The translations under genes were made by a program, and so were the position numbers. Shown piece by piece: positions 1-12,800 of a DNA stretch of 64,000 bases. The notes beneath the pieces are model-generated. The model ran no database searches. It was not told the DNA's origin and was given only the letters and a program-made list of their open reading frames with translations. The stretch's first letter is position 1. Each line of letters opens with the position of its first letter. Origin of the DNA: Cyanophora paradoxa CCMP329 (Eukaryota; Plantae; Glaucophyta); assembly GCA_004431415.1 (NCBI GenBank), contig QPMI01000225.1:1-64000 (forward strand), in the 5' to 3' direction.

Positions 1-854
1 CTGATATTAATCAGGCTGAAACAGGCTCCGGCGACCCCCCTTTACTAGTGCAGGGGCCGATCGCGAGGACGTCGACGCGGCGAGGCGCCGGCGTCGAGTG
101 GCGCTGCACTGGCGCATGGCCATGGCGGGCCACTGGCGGCCCACTGGCGGGCCACTGGCGGCCGCGGGCGATCCGACGGTCCTGCGCTGCTGCGCATGCA
201 TCGATATCGGCGCCAAAAGGCCCGAAACGCCCCCCGCCGCCGGGCCCCGCGCCGGGGGCCCGGCGGCGCCGGCGGCGTCCGGGGGATCCCGGCGCCGGGG
301 CCGGGGCCCGGCGCCGGGCCGGCGGTCCCGCGCCGCTTCTATTGCAACAATACCGATTACAAGTTCATCAGACTATAGCTATACAGCTATAGCTATTGTT
401 ATAGTACTAGTGTAAGTCTGTACCTTCAGCTAGACCGTCCTAGACCAGCCTAGACCGTGCTAGACGCTAGACGTCGATTAGAAATTCGAAATCGCGCCGA
501 AGCTTTACGAACGTTAACTTTCATGTTCATGTTCAACGCGTACGGCCGATTGAGACCCACGGCGGACGTCGACTTCCCGGTTACCGCATTTTTACCACGC
601 CGATTGCTGCGACTAAAAGGCGCTGCGCGCAGACGTCGACCAAGCTAGATGAGAGCTTGAGCTCTAGACAGTTCTGAGAGTCTAGGCGACCCATCAGCGG
701 CGATTCAGCGCATGCGCGCGCACCAGCAGCTGCGACTACGTATACACTCTGAGACTAGTAATTATATAATCAGTAGACTGCCGCTCGAGCTCCGGCGATC
801 GCGCGCGAGGTTCGCCGGAGGGCACGATCGCCGGCGCCAGGCTTCTCCGCAGGA

Positions 855-3800
855 ATGGCCCACGCTCTGAAGTCGGCGCGCGCGAACTCCGTCGTCGGGA
901 GCGGTGCGTCTCCCGGCCCTGCGCCGCAGGCATCGCGATCGGCGCGCGTCGCGCGCGTCGGGCGTCCCCCGGCCGCGGCCGACCTGAACTCCGCGGGCCG
1001 GGCCTGTGTGCGCGCAGAGGAGAGCTCGGCGAGGGATTCGCAGGCCACGTCGTCGGCCGCGCTCTTCGGCATGGGCGAGGCCGCCCGGGCGCGCAGCCTT
1101 CGCCCCGTCCCCCTCGAGCTCGCCTTCGAATTCGGGCCGAGTACTAGTCAATTGACCGGGCGGCGGGGCGGGGCCGGCAGGTCTTCCAAGAGACGATCTT
1201 CGAATTCGGGGTGGTGGCAGTCATGAGCAAGGGCTCCCAGCGCAAGCTCCGCTGGGCCCTCCTCGAGACGGTCCGCACCCGCCGTCCCCGCGCGCCAAGC
1301 CATTATTATTCGCCGCCGAATGCGCGCCCGCCCCGGCAGGTTATCGTCTCGGCGCAGTTCCTCCTTTTCCCGCTGCAGTTCTACAGCTGGGCCGGCTTCG
1401 ACGCCGCGTGCGCCCCGGGCCCATGCCAGGCCCCTCGCCCCTCCTTTCTGGGTGGCTGAGATGGAGGTCGGGCGCCGGGGCCCTCGCGGTGCAGGGAGCC
1501 AGTGCGGCGGGCCTTCCGCCTGATCATCCCCGTCCGCATCAACTCCCTCCCCTTCCCCGCCTTCACCGCCATCTTCTGGAGCTCCGGTGCGCCCGCGACC
1601 CTTTCCGCGACCCTTCGCACTCGAATCGATGCATGCGCATCCGATTTTGAATCGACGTCGACGTCGGCGGCGCCGGCGGCGCGCAGTGGCGCTAGTGCTT
1701 CTCGTTCTCGCCGCCGCCTCGTATGTCGGTGAGGCCGCCCCCGCCCGGCCCGCGCCCGCGCCCCCGTGGCGACCCCGGCGCCGCGCCCGCCCCGCGCGCC
1801 CCGCCGCCTCGAGCTCCTGCTCCGCATCCGCTGCCTAACTGCGGCCGCTCCCCGATTGCGACCCGCTCTCCTCGATCAGGATACGCCTTCGCCAACCAGG
1901 CGCGGCCGCCTGCCCCCCCCCCCCCCCCCCCCCCCCGATCCCCGTACGCGTGCCATCGCCGAGCGCCTCGGCAGGACTTCCGGTTCATGTGGCCGCTCAA
2001 GTTCCTCCGCTTCGCCGTCGCCAACGTCGTCGGCCTCCTCTACATGGTGCGGGCCCCCTCCGTTCCATCCCCTAGACTCAGATTCAACTTCGAATTCTGA
2101 CGGCCGATCGCGAGCCGGGCAGCCGCTCATCTCGGTCTTCTCGACCTCCTTCAACTGCCCCTCCCGGGCTCCGGCTCCTACCGCCACCTCTGTACATCCC
2201 CATCCCCCCCCCCCCCCCTTCCCTTGCCTCCCGGCCCTTCTCCGCCCCCATTCGCCCACGGCGGCCCTTTCGCCGCAGCCTTCCCGACGACCTCGTGTGC
2301 TGGGACACCACGCGCGCACCACGTACCCCGTCCCATTGCAACCCCGGCCCCCCTCGCACAAGCCATTCTTACTGATAAGCCGGCCATGCTTACGCCGCCC
2401 CCTCCTGCAGGCACACGGCGTGCGCCGCGCCCCTCCCCTCCCTCCCCCCCCCCCCCCCCCTCTCCCCATCCATGCCCCTCATCCCCCCCCCCCCCCCCCC
2501 CCCCGCCCCAGGATGTGGCGGCGGGGTCGGCGTGCGCCTCGGCCTTCTCGGTCCTCGTCGTCCTCGTCACCCTCCTCTTCTTCGGCCCGCCCCGCCCCGC
2601 GCCCCCGCCCGCCCCCGCCGCCGCCCCCGCCCCGCGCCGCTGATCGGGAGGGCGGGCAGAGACGGACTACTACAAGGTGGGCCCGGAGGGGAGCGGGAGT
2701 ACTTCAGCCGCCCGCACTCGCGCGTCGACGCCGCCTTCTTCCTCAACAAGTCCGCCCCGCGCCCCGCCCGCGCCCTCCCCTGCGCCCACCCGCCCCGCCC
2801 CCACCCGCCCCGGGCCCCGTCTCACGCGCGCCACCCCCGCCCCGACCCCTCCCCCCATGGCGCCTCGCGCAGCGAGGTGCTCTCGGTGGTGGTGAACCTG
2901 GAGGCGGTGCCGCGCCTCGCCACCGCCGTCCTCCTCCTCGCCTCCGGCGCCCTCTACTCCTTCCTCCTCCTCGAGTTCTACCCGTCCGCCCCGCCCCGCC
3001 CCGGCCCCGCTTCCCCGCGTCCCGCGCCCCGCGCCCCGCGCCCCGCCGATCGCGCGGGGCCCGGGGCGGGACGGGGCGGGCAGGTACCACCGACTGGCGT
3101 GCAACGCGACGTACACGGGGGTTGCCTTTCTCTTCACCTGGGGCTCCCTCGCCTGCGTCGTCGACGCCGCCGTCGGGGCGGAGCGGGCCCCGGGCCTCCA
3201 CGTCGCGCTCCTCGCCGGCGCCGCCCCCGCCGCCCTCGGGGCCGCCGCCAGCTGGGCCAAGTTCCGCCTCAGGATGTGCACCGCCGACACCGACATCGTC
3301 GCCGTCCGCCCCGCCCCGCCCCGCCGGCGCCTCGCTCGCCGTTTGGGCCTCCGTCCTCGTGACCGGCGGACTTGGCGCACAGCGGATCAAGCGGCCGCTG
3401 CACGTGGAGATCGCGACGCGGTTCGCGGGACCCCGCTCATGATCACCCCCGGCCCGTTGCGTGCATCGAATCCCGAGGCGACTGCGAGGCGGGCCCGGGG
3501 CAGGTTCCTGTACGAGGCGGGCCCCGGGGACGAGGAGGCGGCGGGCGTCGGGGAGGCCATCTTCCGGGCGGCCCTCGAGAAGTTCCCCTCCTCCGCCTTC
3601 ATCACCCTCGCGTGCGGCCCCCGGCCCCGCCCGCGCCCGCCCGCCTCGAGCACCCGCCCCTCCGGAGAGAGATAATTTCTAGTTCGATCGTGAAATTAAT
3701 ATTCCGGTCATGAGTTCGAACGATTCTCTCCGGATCCGTTTTCTCTGTCGCCTCGCTCTGCCCCGGGCCCCCAACCCGCGGCCGCGAGTCTTGAATGTAG

Positions 3801-6800
3801 AAATCATTCCGGATCCGTATATTTCGCCTGAGAATCCAGATCTAGAGCCCGTCCGTCTATTAATTATTAATATAAGCACTCGCTACAATTGCGATGTTCA
3901 CGGGCCGATCGCGACTCTCTATAACTCCGCCGCCCTCCGCGGCAGGTACGCGCACTTCTGCTTCACCTTCCGGGGCTCCCCCGAGCTCGGCTACGAGCGC
4001 GTCCGCCAGGCCGCCAAGCTCAACCCCGGTGCGCCCCGCCCCGGCGAGGCGCGAGGCGCGAGGTTATCGATGGGGAGGGGAGGAGAAGTGAGCGCCGCTT
4101 GAACTTGAGTCGGGTGGCGCAGGGTTCGACCTGCGGTTCGTGGTGTACCGGGGGGAGCTGCAGCGGCAGCAGAGCCAGCACGCCGTCGACCTCGGCGACG
4201 CCAAGCGCGACCTGGCGCGTGTGCTCGCCACCCCGCCCCTTCCCCGCTCACCGGGCGGCGCCAGATCGTGCACATCGAGTACACGTCGAACCTCTCGGGG
4301 GCCCGCAAGTACCACCGCGCCGCCGCCCGCGCTCTCCGCAAGGCGAGCGAGAAACTGAACCCTGGATCTCGCTTCTCGTCTTTTCTTTCTTCTTCTCCCC
4401 TTTCTTTTAAATTTTCCCGAACTCCGATCTTCCTCGCTTTCTTTCCTTCGTCTCCTTTCCATTCCTCGGCTACTGGAATTCGTCGCTCACTGCGGCGGGG
4501 GCGGGGCGGGGCAGTTCTGGAGCCAGCTCTCCTCGGGGGAGGGGGAGGTGGACCTGAAGGCGCTGGAGGGGACGCTGGCGCGCATCGACGCGGCGGAGCG
4601 CAGGGCCCCGGGGCCCACGCCCACTACCGCGCCCTCCTCGCCCGCTACCCGCGCGCCCCCCGCATCCTCCGCGCCTACGGCCGCTTCCAGGCCGAGGCCC
4701 GCCCCGCCCCGCCCGGCCCCCGCGCGCGAGGGCGAGGGCGAGGGCGAGGGCGAGGGCGAGGGGGCGGCGCAGGTGCTGAACGACGAGGCGGCGGCGCAGG
4801 CCCTCTTCGAGCAGGCCGACAGCTACGAGGTCCGCCCCTCCTAAGCTACCCCCCGAAACGACGTCTCGCGCGATGAAGCTTCATCAAATCTAGCCTTCCA
4901 GTTTTAATTGGATAGCCTATAGCTAGTATAATTATACAAGAAGCTTTAGAGTCTACATCTGCGAATTCGTCAAAGTCGCCCGGCGCCGGCCCCTAGATCG
5001 CTGCCGCCCCGCCCCGCGAGATTGCCGATCGCGGTGGGGACGGGGCGGGGCGGGTGCAGGACGAGCGGGCGCTGGCGGCGGCGGAGGCGGACGAGCGCGA
5101 GCGCGCCGCGATCGCCAACCTCGCCTCCCTCGCCGCCCCCGCCGCCGGCCCCGGCCCCGACCCCTCCAACTCGAGCCTGCCGAGCCGCCGCGTCTCGGGC
5201 ACCTGCACGCCCGTGCACGTGCCGCGCCCCCGGGCTCCGGGTCGGCCCCTTCGCGCGCCTCCCGACCTCAGCCTCGTTCCACCGCCTCTCGTGGTCGGGC
5301 GCCAAGCCCCGCACCCTCGGCGGCCTCGCCGCCGCCGCCGCCACCTCCCTCTGGGCCACCCGCTGGGGCCGCAGCCGCTCGGGATCGGCCGCCGCTCCGG
5401 TCGCCCCGGCCCCGGCGCTGGCCCCGGCGCCGGCGCCTGCAGCCGCGGCCAAGTACGCGTCAGCGGGGCCGGCGGCGAGCGACACCGAAGCGGCCGGCGG
5501 CGGCGGCGTGTCGGCGGCGGAGGACTCGGCGGCCGAGTCGGCGGCGGCGGCGGGGTCGGTCAGGGGGCGGCGGGGCCGGTCCCGCGGCAGCCGAGCAGCA
5601 AGCGCCTCTCGGTGGTCGTGATGGCGGAGGGCCCCCCCGAGGTCATCGGCTCGACCCCTCCCGCCGCCGCCTCGAGCTCGGCGGCCCCGCGCGGGCTGGC
5701 CTCCCTCGGGGGCCCGACTCGGGCCGGAGGGCCGCGCGCCCCCGCCGCGCCGCGCCAGCTCCTTCACCCGCCTCGGAGCCGCCGCCGGCGCCGCTTCCGG
5801 CGCCGGCGCGGCGACCGAGCGCGCGGCGGCGGCGGCCGCCGGCGCCGCCGGTCGCCGCGTCTTGCCCAAGTCCAAGTCCTCCCCGCACCTCGCCCTCGAC
5901 GGCCGGCGTGGCGTCGATACCCCGCGCCCGCCCTCCGCCGCAGCGAGCCCCGCGCTCGCGCCGCAGAGCCCGCCGGTGGGGGGGCTAGGCCTGCCCGGGA
6001 CGGCCCCGCCCGAGCTCCCGCTGGGTGCGGCGGGGCCCTCTGGGGAGGGCCCGGCGGCGCCATCGGCGTCTTCTCGCGGCAGCTGGATGCGAGAGGACGC
6101 CGTGCAGCCCTTCGACCACGACGACCGCGAGGCCCCGACGAGCGCGGCGGCGTCGGCGGCGCTCGTGATCGATGGCGATCGCGACCCCGTCTCCTCCTCC
6201 TCCTCGGGGCTCGGGGGGTCCGAGGGCGCGGGCCCGAGGGCGCCGGGAACCGAGCGCAGCGAGACAGAGGAGAAGGCCGGGGGGGCCCTCGCGCGCCCCA
6301 GCTTCGAGGCGATCGCCGTGCCCCTCACGGCATCCATCAAGCGGAGGCTGGTGGCGGGCGCCGGGGCCGGCGCCGGGATGCCGGCGCCGCCCTCGAGCTC
6401 GGCCGCGGGGCGCGCCCTGCCGTACGCGTTCCTCCTCGAGCCCTCCAGCTCCATCCTGCTCCACGAGCTCGACGGCGGAGGAAAGGGCGACGGCGGCACG
6501 GCGAAGACGGCGGGAGGGGCAGCGGGCGGGGCGAGCGGGGGCGAGGAGGCGGACGCCGAGCAGCTGCAGGACCCCGAGGGCGCGGCGGCGGAGAAGCGGC
6601 GGCGGGTGAAGCGGTGGGTGAAGATCAAGCGGCGGATCCAGGGGGCGAGCGACGCGCACGCGGCGTCGCTGCGGCGGATGAAGTGGACGGTGATCGCCGT
6701 GCTGCTCACCGTGGGCGCCCTCGCCGTCGCCTCCTACGTCGTCGTCTCCGGCCTCGTCCACAACTTCGACGAGGTCGGCCCGAGCCCCGGCCCGCCCGCG

Positions 6801-9800
6801 CCCGCTCGAGCTCAACCGAATGTTAACGTTCCATAATAATAATTAAAACGCGGCTCGTCCGCTCATATGTGTATATGCATGATCAACTAAACTAATTAAA
6901 TATGGACTCGTCAAGCGGCCCGAATTAAAGTGACGGGCCGGGGCTGCAGGCCATCGTCCTCGTCGGCAAGTCGGGCTCGAGGCGCCGGTGCTAATTTCGG
7001 GACCTCGCGATCCCGCGCCGCGGCGGGGGATCGCGAAGAGCTGACGGGCGGGGTGCGGGGCGCAGGGACTGCGCGCTGGCGACGCTGCACGCGCAGAGCC
7101 TGCTGTTGGCGGGGCGCCCCGAGTGGGACCCGCGGGGGACGTACGAGGCGGAGGCGCGGGCGGCGCTGCGGGCGGCGGCGGACGAGAGGAGGCGCACGTG
7201 CACCTCTACCAGTACGGCGCCCGCGTCGCCGCCGACACGGATCCGGAGGCGAGCACGCGCATCCACGTCATGGTCAACGACGAGGGCGAGACGGAGGCGC
7301 ACCTCGAGCCGCTCTGGAGCGCGGGGCTCGAGTTCGTCTCCAACGCGCGCCGCGTGGCGCGCACGGAGCTGGGGACGCTGCGGAACGGGTCGCGGGCACA
7401 GCGCGAGCTCTACTTCCTCCACGAGAACGGCCCGACGAGCCTCTACAAGGCCTTCGTGGCCGCGACGGAGACCCTCGACAAGCACGCCTACAGCGAGTTC
7501 CTCCGCATCCGCGCCTTCCTTGTCGTCCGCCCCCTTTCTAGCTTCCGTTCAAATTCAAATTTATTCCGTATTCGCTCTCTGACGGGGGCGCAGGCGATGT
7601 TTGTGGGGGTGACGGCGCTTCTCCTGGTGCGCGCGCTCTCGTGATAGTGCACTTGATCACGTGCACTGGCCAGAGAACAAATTAAATACTAGTATATTCT
7701 CCACTCCCATCTCCGGGATCCAGAGACGGACTAGAACTTGAAATTCAGCGCTTTGAAACCGAGACTAGCTAGATATAGTCATCGACTAAATCTGCAAATT
7801 TAATTACTCAGAATCGTGCAGGTGCTGGCGCTCTTCTTCTTCCGCCCGACGGTGGCGAGCGTGCAGCGGGAGAAGGCCCACGCCCTCTCCCTCTTCCGCG
7901 ACATCCCCCGCGCCACCGTGCGGAAGCTCGCGCAGCGCGGGCGGCGCGGCTCGCCGGAGACCCCCGAGGGCTCGGACGCCGGCAGCGACGGGGGCGACTC
8001 CCTCGCCGACTTCTCCGACCTCGAGGGTGCGCGCCTGCAGCGCCCTACCATCCCCAGACTTGCGTCCCTTGGCCTGCCCAGAAATTGGGCTCGGCGTCGG
8101 CTCCCTTGACTTTGCACCGAAGCATCGATCTTTTAACTGCCGCGTCGCGTGTGCAGAGGAGGCGCACCCGGAGCGAGGCGCCGGCGGCCGCGCCCCGGCC
8201 GGCGACGGCGGCGAGGCGGGGGCGGGGCCGGGGGCCAAGGAGCCCCCCCCCCGGGGGGCGCCTGCGGGGGCTGGGGCGGCGGCTGGGGCGGGGGGTGCGG
8301 GTGGATCGGGTGACGGTGCAGTACGGGGGCGCCTTTCTCCTCCTCTTCGCCCTCTTCCTCGTCTGGTTCGCCGTCGGCATGCAGGCCGCCGACACCTGCG
8401 GTCCGCCCCGCTCCGACCCCGCCCACATCCTGTCCCGGCCCCTTCCTTCACCTAAAGCTAGAATCGAGCCAGATCTAGAATGCTGTCGAGGAATCTGAGA
8501 TCTAGACGAATTGAAATGAGATAAATTCGAGATTAAGCTAATTATAAATATCAGAAGAGACCTCTAAGCCGGGGGCGGGGGCAGCGTGTGGGGCCCTAGC
8601 ATGTCCAGTTTTCGTCAATTCGAGGGAAAATGAGGCATGCACCTAGCTGCCGGAAAGGTTTCCGTCATGCCTACCGAGTGTGTCGGAGGCGACCGGGATT
8701 TTTTTTGCAATTTTTCTGCGCGCGTAGGTCGAGATTTGCGCTTTTGCAGCAAGAAGGGGAGGGTACAGCATATCAAACAGCAGCGATGGCGGGCGGAGCC
8801 GGGAACGCGTCGATAGCGGCTGTAAAAGCGCACTTATAGCGGCCGGAGCACGTAGGTACCTGTCGTCGTCGGCCAGCTCGAGGAATACTGCAGCGGGCGG
8901 CGAAAGCGGACGCGACCCGAGGTACGCGAGCCGGTTCTGGGACTTCGGAGCGTTGAACAGCGTAGCAAATATGCAACCAAAGCTATAGCCGAGAGGACGG
9001 GGTCCTGCCATCGTCCAGTTTCCCAGAAACCGCCGCGCCGTCCACCATAGTGACACCACTCGGCGAGCGATGTGGCCGCGCCCAGCCTGCTGGTGCGCTT
9101 TAGCTAGCTAGCATCTAGGCGCAACGTTCTGCGCAGTCGGGGCGCGGCGCTCTCACAAGGCCTTCGAGAACGGCAGCCTCGCCTGCGCCATACAGAACGG
9201 AACAGCTGCCGGCGGCACTGCAGCGCGTGCTGAGCGATCCCCGCAGCTCATATCTAACGTTTAGGGCCTATCCGTGCTATCTAAGCACCACGCGCAGGTC
9301 CCTCGCTCCAGACTTCATCCGCCTCTCGTCAGGAGCGCGGCCGCACCGCAGTGGAGGAGCACAGCGACCATACGAACGGCTCACGCCTAACATGAACGTC
9401 TCGGAGCGGTGCGCGTCGAAGCCCCGAGCCGCCGCGCTCGCGCGCGCTGGCCGAACTGGATCCAGCCCCGCCTCTCGCATGCGCAGGCCTCGAGTCGCCA
9501 TGGCATCTTTCGCCGCCTCCGAGGTCGCGCATCGCTTGCGTGCATCGCTTACGTCCCGCCAAGCCCCCGCTTCGTGGCCCGCCGCGCCCCAGGCAGATGC
9601 GCTCTCGTGTACAATCAAGCATGTCATGCGGTTCTTGATGGCATGGCTGCGACGGCGGGGCGGTGTGGGTTGAGATGCCGAGGGTCACGAGACACATCTA
9701 GAGCTCACGCAAAGCGCGCGTGAGGGCAGCGACATGCACCCCCGCCGCCAGCGGCACCTCCTCCAGCGGGGGCACATGCATATGGCGAACTGCGAACTCG

Positions 9801-12800
9801 ATTCCGCCGCGAACTGCGAGGGCGCGACGGGCCGCCGCGAGCGCGAATCGATGCTAGCCTTGATAAAGCTTGCGTTGATGCATCGCGGCCCTGGCGCTCG
9901 CTTCCGTTGCGAATTCACCTGCCCCTACCGTGTGTGCACCTGGACGATTTGATCTCGCTTCAAAGGCTCCGCACCGCGAGGGCTCGCAGGGCCGCCGTAG
10001 CGCGATTCGGTGAGCGCATGAATAGAGCGTGCGCGGATGCAGCGCGGCCCTGGCGCGCGCTTCCCCAGCAGAGATTGCTCATGAGTTCCAGTGAGCCAGT
10101 GAGTTCCTGGGCGACCGGCTGGCCCCAGCAGGCGCTCTTTGAGCCAGAATCATTATCACATGTAGTTATATCACTGCACCAAGATACTATGATACAGGGT
10201 GATCCAAAGTGTTTTTGGGTCGGACCGGTCTCTTGAATTTTACTCGTAGGACCCTCTCGGGGACTTCTCAGTTTTCAAGTTCCAAAATGCCACCCTGACC
10301 TGCTCATGATGCCTGATTGAAGCATCAACTCACTCAGCAACGATGATTTCACGTCCCTGGGGGTTTTCGAGGGTGCTGAAGACGCTGGTGGTGGTACCGA
10401 GGGCCGCCGATCAAAGCCTGGGCCCGTATTCAAGAGCTACTGGAAATTGGGGGCCCAGATGCCTCCTGAGTGATTCTCGCGCGCCCAGTCGCATGCAGCG
10501 CTCAGGGCGCAGAACACAAGTCATTTACATGCTTTTGAAACAGAATATAGACTTGATAGAGCGCTCGCGAGCCTCTGAGGCGAGAAAGCGAAGCTCCACT
10601 AAGCTACGTGGCTAAGCTGCGGCGTCGGCTGCGTCGCGGCCTCGTCCCCTCGCGTCCGAGGCGCTCGGGTGCGGCCCGGCGCGGGCCCCTGCGGCGGGGC
10701 GCGCAGCGGGCGGGCGGGGGCGCGGGCGGGGCTGCACGGGCGGGCTCGGCGGCGGCGGAGGGCGTCGGCGGGGTCGCGGCCTCGTCCCCTCGCGTCCGAG
10801 GCGCTCGGGGCGGCCCGGCGCGGGCCCCTGCGGCGGGGCGCGCGGCGGGCGGGCGGGGGCGCGGGCGGGGCTGCACGGGCGGGCTCGGCGGCGGCGGAGG
10901 GCGTCGGCGGGGTCGCGGCCTCGTCCCCTCGCGTCCGAGGCGCTCGGGTGCGGCCCGGCGCGGGCCCCTGCGGCGGGGCGCGCGGCGGGCGGGCGGGGGG
11001 CGCGGGCGGGGCTGCACGGGCGGGCTCGGCGGCGGCGGAGGGCGTCGGCGGGGTCGCGGCCTCGTCCCTCGCGTCCGAGGCGCTCGGGGCGGCCCGGCGC
11101 GGGCCCCTGCGGCGGGGCGCGCAGCGGGCGGGCGGGGGGCGCGGGCGGGCTGCACGGGCGGGCTCGGCGGCGGCGGAGGGCGTCGGCGGGGTCGCGGCCT
11201 CGTCCCCTCGCGTCCGAGGCGCTCGGGGCGGCCCGGCGCGGGCCCCTGCGGCGGGGCGCGCGGCGGGCGGGCGGGGGGCGCGGCGGGGCTGCACGGGCGG
11301 GCTCGGCGGCGGCGGAGGGCGTCGGCGGGGTCGCGGCCTCGTCCCTCGCGTCCGAGGCGCTCGGGTGCGGCCCGGCGCGGACTCCTGCAGCGGGGCGCGC
11401 GGCGAGCGGGCGGGGAGCGCGGGCGGGGCTGCACGGGCGGGCTTGGCGTGGGCTGGCGGAGCCGCGGACAGCGGTGCGCCGCGCCGGCGAGGGCGGACTT
11501 GTTCTGCGAGAGCAAGAGTAGCACGGTGGACAGCGGCGCGCCGCGCCAGCGAGTGCGCACTGGTTCTGTGATGGCAAACGCTGCTCTTAGTTGTGTAGAT
11601 CCCTGCTCCGCATGACGGCACCGCACCACGCCCGCCCCCGCGAAGCGCCCCGCGCTCTCCCGAGCACACTGCGGCCGCGGTGAGAGGAGGTGGCGCCAGC
11701 GGACCGCAAACGCATGTTAGGCATCGTATATGCACAGAAGCATGTTTGTGGCACCTTCTGAAGCGGTACAGCGGCACCGGGAGCAACGGATCGCCCGCAG
11801 TCACAGCAGCCGCGCAGGTCGGCCGTTCGCAAGGCACGAAGCGTCCGCGGTGCTGGCTGTAGCTAGCTACGTGCCGACTGTAACATATAGATTACTCTGC
11901 CAGCCCCAGACTAGGCCAGGCTCGCCGCGCGGGGCGTGCGACCGCGCCGAAGGCAGGGGGTCGGGTCGGTCGGCGGCGCGGGCGCCGGGGAGATAGCCAG
12001 CGTGCCTAGCTACCCGCCTAGTGCTTCCGGTGCATGCTCTGCGCTCTCCCGGCGCGGCGCTGCAGCGGCTGCACTAGTCTGCCACCGAATTGCAGTACCA
12101 CGCCGGCCAAGTTTGCCGTACCCGAAGTGCGGCAACTCGGAAATGTTTAATCGGTGATTAAATAAGGATTTTTTTTTTTTTTGGTGAATTACCGGCCACA
12201 GCCTCTAGTCTACTCCAGCACTGTGGGGGCGTATACAGGCAAGGTGGGGCATGATCGATCGGAATTATGTGGAACGGGCGGGATTTGAAGGCGTGATTCT
12301 CATCGCAGGGCGATTCGAACACGGAAGGCATGCATCGGAAAGCGTGTATGATAACCACACCCCTATATAATAAGGATATCCTAGGGCCCCACACGCAGAG
12401 ACGTTCAGCACGGAGCGCAACTTCGCGGGCCTGCTACGCTCGCTGCCCATCCGCGTGCACTTCCACGCGCGGGAGCTCGTCAGCCGCCTCGCCGACCCCG
12501 CCCAGCAGCTCGCGCTCCTCAAGGAGGCCGTCCATGAGGTCCGCCCCGCCCCGCACCCCCTCCCCGTCACCCGCATGGAAAGCGACAGAGGCCGCGCCTC
12601 TATCAGCTAGATCTCTAAATATAAATCTCTCTAGATCTGCATCGTCTGCCTCTTAAGCTTGTTTTGTGGTTTCGTGCTCTTCTTGCCCGGCCCGTCTTCG
12701 AAAGCGCTCGCGATCGGGGGTGCGGCTGACGGGCGCCCCTCCGCCAGTTCGAGCACGCGCACCAGGCGCTGCTCTTCGGGAGCGCCGCGGAGCACCTGCG

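Noticed and set aside
8600-10560. Transposase within the TIR element
   Set aside because: No DDE, Myb/SANT or other recognisable motif in any listed frame.
10599-11837. 300-400 aa repeat proteins in several frames
   Set aside because: Open only because the GC-rich 140-bp satellite lacks stop codons; unit length is not a constant multiple of 3.
10602-11873. 9-bp direct repeat AGCTACGTG (10602-10610, 11865-11873) as a Mutator-type TSD around the satellite
   Set aside because: No convincing TIRs inside it, and AGCT words are very common here, so it may be chance.
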